From positions 2,112,001 to 2,176,000 of the forward strand of contig CP147780.1 of NCBI GenBank assembly GCA_037310415.1: a DNA stretch of 64,000 nt. Direction: 5' to 3'. The stretch's first letter is position 1. Each line of letters starts with the position of its first letter. The notes below the pieces were generated by a model that was not told the DNA's origin, did not search any database, and saw only the letters and a program-made list of their open reading frames with translations. This stretch comes from Candidatus Atabeyarchaeum deiterrae. Lineage in GTDB: Archaea; Asgardarchaeota; Atabeyarchaeia; Atabeyarchaeales; Atabeyarchaeaceae. Of the stretch, positions 1 to 10,237 are shown piece by piece. Made by a program: the position numbers and the translations under genes.

Positions 1-3000
1 TTTCAATCAAATTCTGAAGGAAGCCATGGGCATCTCGGATCAGGCAGCAGAAGCATTCAAAGTTCTTCTCACTCTTGGTCCGCTAACCCTTGGAGAGATT
101 TCAACTAATAGTGGTTTGGGTTATGCACTTTCAACGAAGGCAGTACTTGAACTGGAAAGCGAGCGCCTGGTCAGGCGCATTCCTGGAGTTTTGAGCCGCT
201 TTACAACGATTCCTCCTTATGCTGGTTTCGTAGCATTTCTTAAGGATTTCCAGAAAATCGCTAAGAACCTCGGGGACAGCACTACCAGTGCCGTTGACTC
301 CGCATTGACAACCGTCAGCAAGAATTGCGGAGACTGGAAGAAGGAGGCTCAACAGGCGGCTAAATCAGGCATACAGCAGACTGTAAGTGAGATTGACCTC
401 TACAAAAGCAGCTCTTCAAAAAACGTAACTGATATGCTGGAGAAGTTGAAACAGGAAACCGAACTCACGAAGACCATGGTCACAGACTCAATTAAGAAGC
501 ATGTTGATGAGCACAAGATAAAATCAACTGAAGTTGAAACAGAACTCGCCTCCGGAATAGACAACGTAAACACAAAACTTGACACATCAGCCAAGAAATA
601 CCTGAAAGACACCACAGACATGATGTCCACTTTTCTGGAGAACTACAAAGGAACCGTTCAAACGTTTGCTGAAACCGTCCATACAAACTTACAACAGTAC
701 AAGACTGATATCAGAGAGAACCTCATCGTATTAGAAAATGAGATCTCGTCAATTGAAGCCAAACTCGAGGAGAAAGCGAGATCTACGATAACAAGTTCTA
801 AAACCAAGAGTTCCGATGTCCTGGAAAGCCAGAGAAAGTCATTTGGAGAGAAATCCCTCGAACTCCAGTCCGGCATCAGAGATGTTACCGATCGTTTCAT
901 GAAGGCAGCTTCAACTAATCTTGGCAAGTTCAAGTCATCCGTCGATGGAGCGATGAAGGAATTCTCGGTTGACCTCAGCAAGACTCTATCGGAATTCAAG
1001 GAGAAGACCACCGCATCTCTCGACAAATGGTGGTCGAACTTCAAAACAGGGATCAACGACTCGACCCAACTAGTTTACAAGAACATAGATGTGCTGGTGA
1101 ATTCTATCACCCGTGAGGGAGAGAGCCTCAACTCATTGGTACAGGGGTTAGTCGGATCTTTTACAACGAGAACCAAATCCTCCTTTGGAGAGCTCAGAGG
1201 AAAAGTAGAAGAACTATACTCGACTGGACTAGCTAACCTAACCGGAGCCGCTTCTGCCATTAAGGGCACATTGGAGGGGCTCATTGCTTCCCACGTATCA
1301 TCGAGCCAACTTATATCATCATTCTTAGAATCGACGCTCTCAACGGTTATCCCAAGTTGCTCCAACGCTTTGGCAGCAGTGAGTTCAGAGATTGGCAAAA
1401 ATGCTCAGAAGATGATGGTGCCACTGAGCAAGAAAAACGAGGCATTATTGTCCGCCCTAACAACAAAAGCAACAAACAAAGTCTCCTCATCATTCCCGGC
1501 CTTGGAGAAGGAAGTCGGCGGGATACTTGAAAGAATTCTCGCATCAAACACGCCTGCACCAATTTCAGAGAGTTCCTCAAAACCGACAACCAGAAAGACG
1601 GCTTCACCTGGAAGAAAGACAGCCCTATCCGCTGAAGCGAAGGAAATCATAAAAGGTTTCGAGAGGAAACTTATCGATGAATTGAAAGAGTACCTCGAGG
1701 AAGAGGCAAGCACGGGGCATACTTCCTTTGAAGAAGAAGCCAAGAAGCTGCAAACCGAGATCCGCGGAACACCTTTCACAAGCCTGAAAGCAGCAAGGCA
1801 AGGGCTCGGACAAAGCGAGGTTATTGCCGCAAGTCTGTTGCCCAAGTTCGCCGAATACTCCCAATCGATTGAATCCCTCGGCACACAGGTAAAAGACTTC
1901 GTCGATGTCTCCGCAAGACAATATGCTGGCGAAGCCGAGATTGCCAAAAAGGCTTTGAACGATCTATTATTGAGAAACGAGGAAGCATTAGGAGGAACTC
2001 TTAAGAAGGTTACTGAAGGGATTGGCTCCAGCAAAGCTTCACGCACAAGGCAAATCGCCACACTCGTCTCCGAAGCTCAGAACACGATTGGATCAGCCTC
2101 CGCAAAACACTTGGACGAGTTGGATGAACAAATTCAGCAAAGCAAATCAGGCTTGCTCGCGCTCGTCAACCAAGCAACGAAGAAATCCGACACGGCAAAG
2201 TCGTCAGCACAGACAAGTATCGCGAATCAGGTCAGCACAACTCTGGGAACATGTAAAGAGATAACGGAGTCGACAACGAATTCCATGCGTGCGGCAATGA
2301 TATCAGTTTCGCAGGAATTCGACGCTCAAACCTCGGCTCTGCAGAAGGACCTAGGCAGCTTCATTGCCCAATCAACAGACGAGATAAAGGCCTTCGTAGA
2401 AGAATCTGCTTCCAGGGTCGCCGAATTCAAAGAGAATCAGTCAAAGCAGATCGACTTAAAACTGGACAAGGCAGTCAAGGAACTTGGGGATTTTTCGAAC
2501 AAGCAAGTGAGCACCGCAATCGATACAACCTCCGCAATGAATACCTCACTTTCGAAGCTAACCAACGCGTCGCTAGGGGAGTTCAAGTCAGAAGTGGTCG
2601 GGGGCAAGGATAGATTCCACAGGGTGATCTCTTCTCATCTGCAGGATTATGAGCAGGAAGCCTTCGGTGCCAGCGGAACATGCGGCTACCTTCTATCAAG
2701 ATCTTATGAGAAATATAGAGAAGTCTCAATGGTTAACGAAAAGAATCATTCAGACGCTCTACTGACTCACCAGACAAGATATGAGAACTCGATGAACACC
2801 GCACAATCCGGCTTAATAGGCTGCATTGACAAAAACGAAGCATTACTGAAGGAAGAGACCAAAAGGATCTTGGGAGACTTCCGCGATAGCATTGAAAAAC
2901 ACAAGAAGGCGTCGGCCAGCGTTGAATGGATCCTTCAAAGCGCTTGGATGGCACTTGAGCGCGCTCCTCAGTTTTCAGAATCCAACACGTGGCCGGTCAT

Positions 3001-3442
3001 ATCGAGAACAGCTTTGGCTGCACACCTACAGGATATGATCAAGCGAACCAAGAGTCACATAGCGATTGCACTTCCAACGCTTGCAGAAGCACCTCTTGAA
3101 GACTTACAAAAGGTCAAGAAAGCGACCAGAGTAACACTACTGATTGGCGAATCAAAGGGTGACGAGAATCAGGAGCAACTGCTTGCCGGGTTATCGAAGA
3201 TGGGCAACGTGAGCATTCGGGCATCAGGAAGTTTGTCTTACTTCGGATGCTCCAAGGATTCCGAGGAAATACTCTTCGCTCCGATTGCCCAGAAAGAAAA
3301 TGATACTATCGGAATAGTAAGTGTAGAGGATGGCTACATTGAACTCTTTGAAAAACTGGTCCTTCCGGCTTTACTTGCTCCATCCTATGATCTCAAAGAG
3401 TCCGCAAAGCAGCAATCGACACCCAAGAAGACGCAAGAATAA
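1..3442 (+). CDS. TrmB-family wHTH protein with very long coiled-coil insert and C-terminal TrmB effector (PLD-like) domain; probably 5'-truncated by the window
   Basis: ORF 26..3442 (1138 aa). The frame stays open upstream to the window edge (FNQILKEA-M). N-terminus GISDQAAEAFKVLLTLGPLTLGEIS...LVRRIPG...IPP fits the TrmB wHTH. C-terminus WPVISR..LQDMIKRTKSHIAIALP...SKDSEEILFAP fits the TrmB C-domain. The middle is amphipathic helix. Confidence 0.7.
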   Translation, partial: FNQILKEAMGISDQAAEAFKVLLTLGPLTLGEISTNSGLGYALSTKAVLELESERLVRRIPGVLSRFTTIPPYAGFVAFLKDFQKIAKNLGDSTTSAVDSALTTVSKNCGDWKKEAQQAAKSGIQQTVSEIDLYKSSSSKNVTDMLEKLKQETELTKTMVTDSIKKHVDEHKIKSTEVETELASGIDNVNTKLDTSAKKYLKDTTDMMSTFLENYKGTVQTFAETVHTNLQQYKTDIRENLIVLENEISSIEAKLEEKARSTITSSKTKSSDVLESQRKSFGEKSLELQSGIRDVTDRFMKAASTNLGKFKSSVDGAMKEFSVDLSKTLSEFKEKTTASLDKWWSNFKTGINDSTQLVYKNIDVLVNSITREGESLNSLVQGLVGSFTTRTKSSFGELRGKVEELYSTGLANLTGAASAIKGTLEGLIASHVSSSQLISSFLESTLSTVIPSCSNALAAVSSEIGKNAQKMMVPLSKKNEALLSALTTKATNKVSSSFPALEKEVGGILERILASNTPAPISESSSKPTTRKTASPGRKTALSAEAKEIIKGFERKLIDELKEYLEEEASTGHTSFEEEAKKLQTEIRGTPFTSLKAARQGLGQSEVIAASLLPKFAEYSQSIESLGTQVKDFVDVSARQYAGEAEIAKKALNDLLLRNEEALGGTLKKVTEGIGSSKASRTRQIATLVSEAQNTIGSASAKHLDELDEQIQQSKSGLLALVNQATKKSDTAKSSAQTSIANQVSTTLGTCKEITESTTNSMRAAMISVSQEFDAQTSALQKDLGSFIAQSTDEIKAFVEESASRVAEFKENQSKQIDLKLDKAVKELGDFSNKQVSTAIDTTSAMNTSLSKLTNASLGEFKSEVVGGKDRFHRVISSHLQDYEQEAFGASGTCGYLLSRSYEKYREVSMVNEKNHSDALLTHQTRYENSMNTAQSGLIGCIDKNEALLKEETKRILGDFRDSIEKHKKASASVEWILQSAWMALERAPQFSESNTWPVISRTALAAHLQDMIKRTKSHIAIALPTLAEAPLEDLQKVKKATRVTLLIGESKGDENQEQLLAGLSKMGNVSIRASGSLSYFGCSKDSEEILFAPIAQKENDTIGIVSVEDGYIELFEKLVLPALLAPSYDLKESAKQQSTPKKTQE

Positions 3443-3516
3443 GATCCATTTCTTCTCCTCCTCTTTTTGGTATCTCATTAACGGCGCAGTAGATGTCGCG
3501 CTTCTTGGAGAACAGA

Positions 3517-4110
3517 CTATTCATGTAAGGCGCTCACGTATGGCGGTGGGGTTTTACCGTCTCTTGGCTGTCGCTGTTTCCTCTTTTCCAACATGTCATC
3601 TATGATCATTTGTGAAACCTTTCTGGCTGAGCCATCAGTGACAGATACTGGGTGAACCGTTACATTCTTGAATACACCCTTCAAATCATCCTCCGATAGA
3701 GTGTGTCTGTCCCATTTTGAAGCTAGCACGGAAACAACGCACTCATCTGAATACCTGATCACATTGTTGAGATACTTCTTGAAGAGTTTCCCCGCTTCCT
3801 TCAAGGTCTTCTTCGACGATGAATCGACCATGAAGAAGAGCAGAGACACCTCTGAGAATAAGTTTGGCAACCACTGGTCGGTAGAGTATGTGTCTATGAA
3901 ACTCGTCTGACCGCCGCAATCAAAAGCAGATACTTTCACTGTCTCCGAACCTTTGTAATTATACAACGTAATGTGCACACCGAATGTCGGAATATAATCT
4001 GTAAGCTGATTGAACTCCTTGCCCTCAAACACATACCTTTTAAAAGTTGTCTTCCCCGATGCAGGCATACCCATTACCAGAATTTTAAACACCGGCATCC
4101 TCAGGCTCAA
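3517..4110 (-). CDS. Small GTPase, Rag/Gtr1- or Arf-like
   Basis: G1 GMPASGKT, G2 PTFG, G3 DCGGQ, G4 SKWD. Confidence 0.9.
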   Translation of the reverse strand: MSLRMPVFKILVMGMPASGKTTFKRYVFEGKEFNQLTDYIPTFGVHITLYNYKGSETVKVSAFDCGGQTSFIDTYSTDQWLPNLFSEVSLLFFMVDSSSKKTLKEAGKLFKKYLNNVIRYSDECVVSVLASKWDRHTLSEDDLKGVFKNVTVHPVSVTDGSARKVSQMIIDDMLEKRKQRQPRDGKTPPPYVSALHE

Positions 4111-4327
4111 CCTCCCTTCCTAACAAGAACGCCGCTCCGTTGCAAACTAAACATGATACTTATGTGTATTTAACTTGCTAGGGATTGCCCACGGTTCCCT
4201 GTCACCAATGCAACACCAGCTAAGGGCTCAAAAGACTGATCAACGGCTTTGAGTTTCCCGAGAAAGTATAAGCGTTGATACGCGTGGCAAGTGAAAATAT
4301 AAACTGAAGGATCCTTCAATTATCTGT

Positions 4328-5158
4328 TTGGAAAAGCGATGCCTCGTGTTCTCGAATGACATCGGGGGTTTGTTCGCTGCCCTCGATCTCGCTTTCCGAT
4401 CCTGCACTCATAGTCAAAAAGAATTATATATCAGAGCGAGAATATCCGAAAAGAACGAAGTGTGGCTGATGAAAGTGGCACAAGTACAAAGCACATCCGT
4501 TAAACAGGAACCCATTCTTCTGCTACTGAGAAGGGCTTCGAAAGCTAGCTATCTAATGGGTGCGTATATGTTAGTGTCGAGTTTGGTGAGTATTCTGAGT
4601 TCCGCGATCACACTCGGCACCGACATCTTGGCGTCCTCCACGCTACTGAGCATTATCTGGTCTTTTGTCGCTTTGTCCTTCTCCGCGGTCTTCGGATTCT
4701 TTGCATTCAGAGTCGGCGACGCGTACAAGTCCTCAACTCTCAAAGCCGGAGGTCTGCTGTTCGTCATGATCTACTTGTGGAACGTTGTCTCCGACGCATT
4801 GAGCATGGGGTCGGGCTTCTCCACCAACTTCGTTCTTACGCCATGGATTATACTTAGTTACGCGGCTTTCGCAGCGCTCAGCTTAGCATCTTCTGGGATT
4901 GCCTTGGCTGCATACATCTGCCTAATCATCGGAATGGCAAACATGAGGAATAGAACTGGCTTACAAAGCTTCAACACTGCAATGATTCTCTTCATTCTGT
5001 TTTTCATACCATTCGTCTTCGCATTTGGACTACTGACTCTCGGCGCAGCCCTCAACGAACTCGCGCGCAAGGATGAGAAGAAGAGGTGTCCGAATTGCGG
5101 GAGGGAGATCGAGCCTCACGAGTTGTATTGCAGGTTCTGTGGCGCAGAACTGAAGTAA
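4328..5158 (+). CDS. Membrane protein with C-terminal zinc ribbon (DUF973-like); likely start 4469
   Basis: Several hydrophobic segments and C-terminal CPNC...CRFC; TTATATA at ~4424 suggests the later ATG. Confidence 0.7.
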   Translation: MEKRCLVFSNDIGGLFAALDLAFRSCTHSQKELYIRARISEKNEVWLMKVAQVQSTSVKQEPILLLLRRASKASYLMGAYMLVSSLVSILSSAITLGTDILASSTLLSIIWSFVALSFSAVFGFFAFRVGDAYKSSTLKAGGLLFVMIYLWNVVSDALSMGSGFSTNFVLTPWIILSYAAFAALSLASSGIALAAYICLIIGMANMRNRTGLQSFNTAMILFILFFIPFVFAFGLLTLGAALNELARKDEKKRCPNCGREIEPHELYCRFCGAELK

Positions 5159-5200
5159 CCTATGGCGGGGAGCGTAACAGAGTAGATTCATACATTCTCT

Positions 5201-6088
5201 TTATTCTAGTTTGCCAATTGTCCTTAGCGCTTCTCTGATCTTCTCTTTTTGGTCTTCCTTTAGAGTCATTACAGGTAACCTTGGTTTGCCGCTTATTACT
5301 CCGACCAAGTCCAAGGCTGCGAGTATCGGCGCAGGGTAGGCCGCACCTCCGAAAGACTTCTTGAGGATTGATATCCGGCTTTGTATTTCCCGAGCCCTCT
5401 CAATATTACCCTTCGCGAAAGAATCGAAGAGATCGAATACGAGCTCAGGAACTACATTGCTGACGGCGCTCACAACCCCGTCGCCCCCCATTGCCAGCGA
5501 TGCTAACATCAATTCGTCCTTTCCGCTTACAAGCGAGATCTTCTTCCCAACTTTCATAATGTATTCGCCATACTGCACGAGATCCCCGCTACTGTCCTTG
5601 ATGGCGATTACATTGCTGTTCTCTTTAACTATTCTTTCAAGCAGAGAAGGTGAGACGTTGTTACCAGCTCTAGCAGGGTTGTTGTACAGAATGACGTCCA
5701 TATCAACTGCCTCTGCGATTGCCGTAAAATAACGGAATAGCTCCTCGTCTTCGACTTTGACATAGTACGGAGTAAGAACCACTGCCGCATCCGCGCCAAT
5801 ATCCCTGGCGTGCTTTGCGAGATCCACGTTCTCCCTCACAGTGATCCCGCCCGTTCCTGCATAAACCGGGACTCGACCCCTTGACTGCCGAACGATGAGA
5901 TCGACCACCCGTTTTCTCTCGTCCGGCGTCATGAGGTAGAATCCCCCAGCAGTTCCAGCAGCAAAGAGAGCATCAACCTTGCCTTCAATCAAGTAGTCAA
6001 CTATTCCTCTTAGCGCTTCCTCGTCAACTTCTTCTTCGGCATCGAATGGGGTAACAACTGGGGTAATGCTTCCTTTTACTTTCACCAT
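5201..6088 (-). CDS. DapA/N-acetylneuraminate-lyase family class I aldolase
   Basis: TPF motif, LYNNP, Schiff-base IKDSSGD; GTAGG in place of the canonical GTTGE. Confidence 0.88.
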   Translation of the reverse strand: MVKVKGSITPVVTPFDAEEEVDEEALRGIVDYLIEGKVDALFAAGTAGGFYLMTPDERKRVVDLIVRQSRGRVPVYAGTGGITVRENVDLAKHARDIGADAAVVLTPYYVKVEDEELFRYFTAIAEAVDMDVILYNNPARAGNNVSPSLLERIVKENSNVIAIKDSSGDLVQYGEYIMKVGKKISLVSGKDELMLASLAMGGDGVVSAVSNVVPELVFDLFDSFAKGNIERAREIQSRISILKKSFGGAAYPAPILAALDLVGVISGKPRLPVMTLKEDQKEKIREALRTIGKLE

Positions 6089-6151
6089 TCTCTCAACTTC
6101 CTGTTCTCAGTTCAATATCCGCAGTAATAGACGATCGCAAACATAGTGAAC

Positions 6152-7084
6152 TCACTTGCCTAGTATTCTGGGGATCGCTTTTTGAAATGCTTCGATCAGA
6201 ACACCTTTGGCTGTGCTCACAACTTCTTTGCTCGATTGATACTCTTGAGGCTTAACCTCGAAACCAACCATTCCACAGTAACTAACATCCATTAGAATCT
6301 CCAGCAGTTCTGATACATCCTTAGTTGTGTTGATTGAGTTCTTGCTATAGAATCCGGGGTGTTCATCAAGGAGCCCACCTTTGTCTCCCTTTTTGGCACA
6401 CCCAATGTGTATATGGTCAAGGTACTCGGCTGCCTGCCTCAGAACATCTGGCTTCTCGCCGATAATCGGGCTGTGACTCAGATCCCATAATAGACCAATG
6501 TTGAAGTAGTCTTTCCTTACTTCACTCACGACCTTCACTGCTTCTTCCATCGGTCCTATCAGAAGTTTCCTATCATAACTCCTGTCAAAAGTCTCCAGAA
6601 GCAAGTTGACATCATAGTCCTCCGCTTTTGCGCAGAGTTCCCTCAACGATCCGACCAGCTTGGTTGCAGCTTCATCTCTCTTGCCAGCTCCAGGGTCGGG
6701 ACCAGAGCAAAGGGCGATTAGAGGAACGTCATGGTCTCCTGCAGTCTCAATTATCTCCCCAAAATGGGTGACAGCTTTTTTCCGCTCATCTTCATTCGAC
6801 GAACTGGGGTTGAACCCATGTTTAATTACGTCTGATTGGGCACCAACAATGACGAATCTGTCTTCGACAAGTTTCTCAAGTCCTCCCCACAGCTTCTCCG
6901 GAGGGTAGGGCATTTCCACCCCGTCGAAGAATGGGTCGTCGACTATCGCTCGAACTCCTTCAATGAAGTTATCATCACTTTGCGTCATGTCGGGGTAAGC
7001 CATGTTGCTCACGATGCTGATTCCCCAAGGAAACGTAACATGAATATCCAAATCTTTAAGTAAAAGGTCTGCAACGAAACCCAA
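6152..7084 (-). CDS. Sugar phosphate isomerase/epimerase (xylose-isomerase-like TIM barrel)
   Basis: Metal-ligand pattern LLLET...WDLSH...HIH...FEV. Confidence 0.8.
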   Translation of the reverse strand: MGFVADLLLKDLDIHVTFPWGISIVSNMAYPDMTQSDDNFIEGVRAIVDDPFFDGVEMPYPPEKLWGGLEKLVEDRFVIVGAQSDVIKHGFNPSSSNEDERKKAVTHFGEIIETAGDHDVPLIALCSGPDPGAGKRDEAATKLVGSLRELCAKAEDYDVNLLLETFDRSYDRKLLIGPMEEAVKVVSEVRKDYFNIGLLWDLSHSPIIGEKPDVLRQAAEYLDHIHIGCAKKGDKGGLLDEHPGFYSKNSINTTKDVSELLEILMDVSYCGMVGFEVKPQEYQSSKEVVSTAKGVLIEAFQKAIPRILGK

Positions 7085-7296
7085 CTCAGGGACACCTCCT
7101 AGGAATGCAAAAGTAAGATCAGTTACTGCACGATAATAACTCTATCTCCTTCCTGCTGGCCTGCAATAGATGAGAAAAAACTTTTTGTGTCTGAAGCGCT
7201 CTCCACAAGGCTATGAAAGTTGATCATGAGTATTCACATTGCATTATGGCTTCGAAAGTATTGACTGTCTGATTCGGTTTTGGGAGTTGGATTCAT

Positions 7297-7821
7297 GTGT
7301 TTTGGTCTGGCCAGAGAATCTTCGATGAAGTCTTAAAAGTTGTTGAAGCAAACAAGGACGCCTTGGGCAAATTGAAGATAAACCCTAGTGGAGTTGACAT
7401 AGGTATCTCAAGCGCAGAACGAATACAGGACGACGCTATTGCCACTATCGATGGCGAGAGAAGGGAGTTAGACTCGAAGACTGTCACCTACAAGCCACAT
7501 GAGGGATACTACGCGTTGCCTCGCGGAGTCTACGTCGTACGCCTCAACGTAGCTGTCAAGATACCTGCCACCGCGATAGGACTATCCTTACCAAGAAGTA
7601 CCCTGATTCGCCTCGGCATAATAAAGTGCGAGACGGCGGTGTTTGACCCCGGATATGAGGGAATCGGCATCCAAACCGTCTACATTCCAATAAAGGAACT
7701 CAGGATCGCTGAGAACGAACGCTGGTTCCAGTTCCTTGTCGCCGACGCAAAGAATTCAGGCATGACATACTCCGGTAAATATCAAGGAGAAGGAATAAGG
7801 AGGAGACAGGCAAGAGTCTAA
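7297..7821 (+). CDS. Trimeric dUTPase/dCTP deaminase family protein
   Basis: PRSTLIRLG, DPGYEG and C-terminal YSGKYQG motifs. Confidence 0.88.
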   Translation: MFWSGQRIFDEVLKVVEANKDALGKLKINPSGVDIGISSAERIQDDAIATIDGERRELDSKTVTYKPHEGYYALPRGVYVVRLNVAVKIPATAIGLSLPRSTLIRLGIIKCETAVFDPGYEGIGIQTVYIPIKELRIAENERWFQFLVADAKNSGMTYSGKYQGEGIRRRQARV

Positions 7822-7847
7822 TCGCATGCAGAGCGGACATCTTGGGC

Positions 7848-9062
7848 TTAGCTTAGCTCGCGCGTTAGGGCGCTCTTCAGTTCTTTTGGTTGAGTTCTCA
7901 TCACGGTCAGACTAGAAACACTGTGGAAACTGAGGAACCTTCGCAAGGTCGCCACAAGTTCATTCATGAGTCCACCGCCAGCTTCTCTGTTGATCAAACT
8001 TAACGAGTTGATGATCATACTTTGGTTTTGCCTATCCAGTTTGGGGTCGATTCTTCCAACAAACTTCGTTCCATGTAGAATCGGCATGACATAATAACCG
8101 TAGATCCGTTTCTCAGGGACTTTATACACCTCCCATGAATAGTCAAAATCGAATATCTCTGAAATCACCTTGCGGTTCCACAAAAGGTTGTCAAGCGGTG
8201 CTATGAAGAAGACTTTTTCATCAATCGACGTTCTTGGATCCTCAAGCGAATTCAGCAACTCCCTCAGGACATAGTATTCCTGTCTCACGCCTTCGACTTT
8301 GACTGGACATAGTGTACCGCTCTCAACCATTTTCTTGACAATTGCTTTTCTTTGGAGAGCTTTCATTGGGAGCCAACCGAATCTCCAATCCCGCGTATCA
8401 ACCAAGCCGTATGCCCACATGTATTTTCGGATCATGAATTGTTCATATTCTTCTCTGGACGGCACTTCGATATCAGTGACTGATGGAACTATGTGGACTG
8501 TGAGGTCGTAGTACCGTCTATTTCCCTCGACATGGTGGATCATGAGTTCACCGCAGTCCCATAACAGGTTTAGTATGTTTGTCTCGAGCTTCCCTTTGAT
8601 CGCGCCACCCTGCTCAAGCTCTTGAGAAGAGAGTGGTCCATGCTTCTCGATTTCTGAGAGAACTTGGGCGATAGGCTTCTTTAGTTCTTTTCTTCTCGCT
8701 TTGACCCGGTCATAATAGGGAGACTGGAACTGCGATGTGTTTTGCATGCGATAGCGGAAGTAGCGAAGGTCGCTGAAAGGGATTATGGATTTCTCGTTGC
8801 ACCAGTACTCGAATAGTTTCCTGTCCTTGTAGAGCAATTCCTCCAAGCATGACGGACTATAGCTTCTGATTCTGTTGTGGAGAACCAAGTGATGGTTGCG
8901 ATGCACGACATTAATCGGATCTGTTTGTACACATTCGAGCCGAGTTACTGCTGATAGCGTTCCGTCCTTGCCGCTTTCTTCCTTTAAGAGGTTCTGTCTC
9001 TGAACAAGGAATCGTCTCGCATTCTCTTTTGAAATCTCCACCTGTTTCAAATCGACCACCAA
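7848..9062 (-). CDS. ycaQ: YcaQ/AlkZ-family (HTH_42) crosslink-repair DNA glycosylase
   Basis: QTDPINVV catalytic QxD motif, FEYW, APLDNLLW, WEVYKVPEKRIYGYYVMPIL. Confidence 0.88.
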   Translation of the reverse strand: MVVDLKQVEISKENARRFLVQRQNLLKEESGKDGTLSAVTRLECVQTDPINVVHRNHHLVLHNRIRSYSPSCLEELLYKDRKLFEYWCNEKSIIPFSDLRYFRYRMQNTSQFQSPYYDRVKARRKELKKPIAQVLSEIEKHGPLSSQELEQGGAIKGKLETNILNLLWDCGELMIHHVEGNRRYYDLTVHIVPSVTDIEVPSREEYEQFMIRKYMWAYGLVDTRDWRFGWLPMKALQRKAIVKKMVESGTLCPVKVEGVRQEYYVLRELLNSLEDPRTSIDEKVFFIAPLDNLLWNRKVISEIFDFDYSWEVYKVPEKRIYGYYVMPILHGTKFVGRIDPKLDRQNQSMIINSLSLINREAGGGLMNELVATLRRFLSFHSVSSLTVMRTQPKELKSALTRELS

Positions 9063-9274
9063 GACATTCCCTCACCAAAGACTGAATAGCCGATTCAAGT
9101 GTATTCCGCTGTACTCAAGTACATGATACTTTTCCTCTATAATACCCCCATAGAAGGACCCATTTCCTTGCCCTTCCAAGTATAGCTGGGAAAGGACTTT
9201 CGATAACATTGAGTGCCTCTTTCCCTCATGCCAACCTAACAAAGAATTAATACCTTCATGTTCAGAAGGATAGA

Positions 9275-10006
9275 ATGTCATATGATTGGGGCGTAAAAGA
9301 TTTGGCAAAGGGAATCGAGAAAGAAAACAAGCCAAAAGCATCTGTCGAAAAACGCGTGATAAAAGTAGGCAGGAAAGGACCCTATCTTGTTTCCGGTGGC
9401 ATTCCACTTGCCATTCAGATCATCGACACCGACGCCGAAGGAACTCCCATCGAATGGCGTACGGGAAAGAAATACCCTCCACAAGACGATTATTCTCTGT
9501 GCCGCTGCGGACAAACTAAGAACAAACCGTTTTGTGATGGAACACATGCAAAAGTCCATTTTGAAGGGACAGAGACAGCCAGCCAAGAGCCCTACGACGA
9601 CCGGGCTGAAGTGATCGATGGCCCCGCTCTGGTGCTAACAGATGCCGTGGATTTGTGTGCCCGTGCTCGATTCTGCCATCGAGCTGGAGAAATCTGGAAC
9701 CTCATTCCACTTTCAGGCGACCCGAAGCAGAGGATAATTGCTGCTAAAGAGGCTGGAGACTGCCCCTCGGGTCGCCTAGTAATCTGGGACAAGGAAACCA
9801 AGAGACAAATTGAGCCTGTGTTCGAACCGTCCATAGGATTAGTTGAGGGTCCCCGACCAGGTATGAGCGGCCCAGTCTGGGTGCGGGGAGGGATTCCGAT
9901 TGAATCTGGGAATGGCAGGATCTACGAAATCCGTAACCGCGTCACTCTTTGCGGGTGCGGCAGGTCCCGCAACAAACCTTTCTGCGACAGCAGTCACCTC
10001 ACATAA
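9275..10006 (+). CDS. CDGSH iron-sulfur domain protein (two CDGSH domains and a central ferredoxin-like domain)
   Basis: CRCGQTKNKPFCDGTH and CGCGRSRNKPFCDSSH; central CARARFC...CPSG. Confidence 0.9.
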   Translation: MSYDWGVKDLAKGIEKENKPKASVEKRVIKVGRKGPYLVSGGIPLAIQIIDTDAEGTPIEWRTGKKYPPQDDYSLCRCGQTKNKPFCDGTHAKVHFEGTETASQEPYDDRAEVIDGPALVLTDAVDLCARARFCHRAGEIWNLIPLSGDPKQRIIAAKEAGDCPSGRLVIWDKETKRQIEPVFEPSIGLVEGPRPGMSGPVWVRGGIPIESGNGRIYEIRNRVTLCGCGRSRNKPFCDSSHLT

Positions 10007-10237
10007 CAGCTGGCACTGGGCGGTATGCTGCAAGAAGACGATCGAGTCACGCATAGTCGAAACACAGAGACGAGTATGCTCACTCACGTCGAAAAAAATC
10101 CTCAGAAGTGAAGACTCACGGTACGTCTGCACGACGTACTCTTCTCAATAATCTCTTTTCCCTAGAAGACTATAAGAGCAGAATGCTTCGAGATTGTTGG
10201 CAGAGAAAAGGAACTGTGAGCAAGAGGTGCTCAGAAT

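Noticed and set aside
1405-2061. Long antisense ORFs in the track (also 40742..41404, 52020..52583, 48413..48961, 59363..59878)
   Set aside because: They are shadow or out-of-frame ORFs overlapping well-supported genes and carry no motifs
4225-4254. GGCTCAAA(A)GACT...TTTGAGT inverted repeat, echoed at 49113-49139
   Set aside because: Only two copies, with short arms and different spacers (15 and 12 nt); compatible with chance
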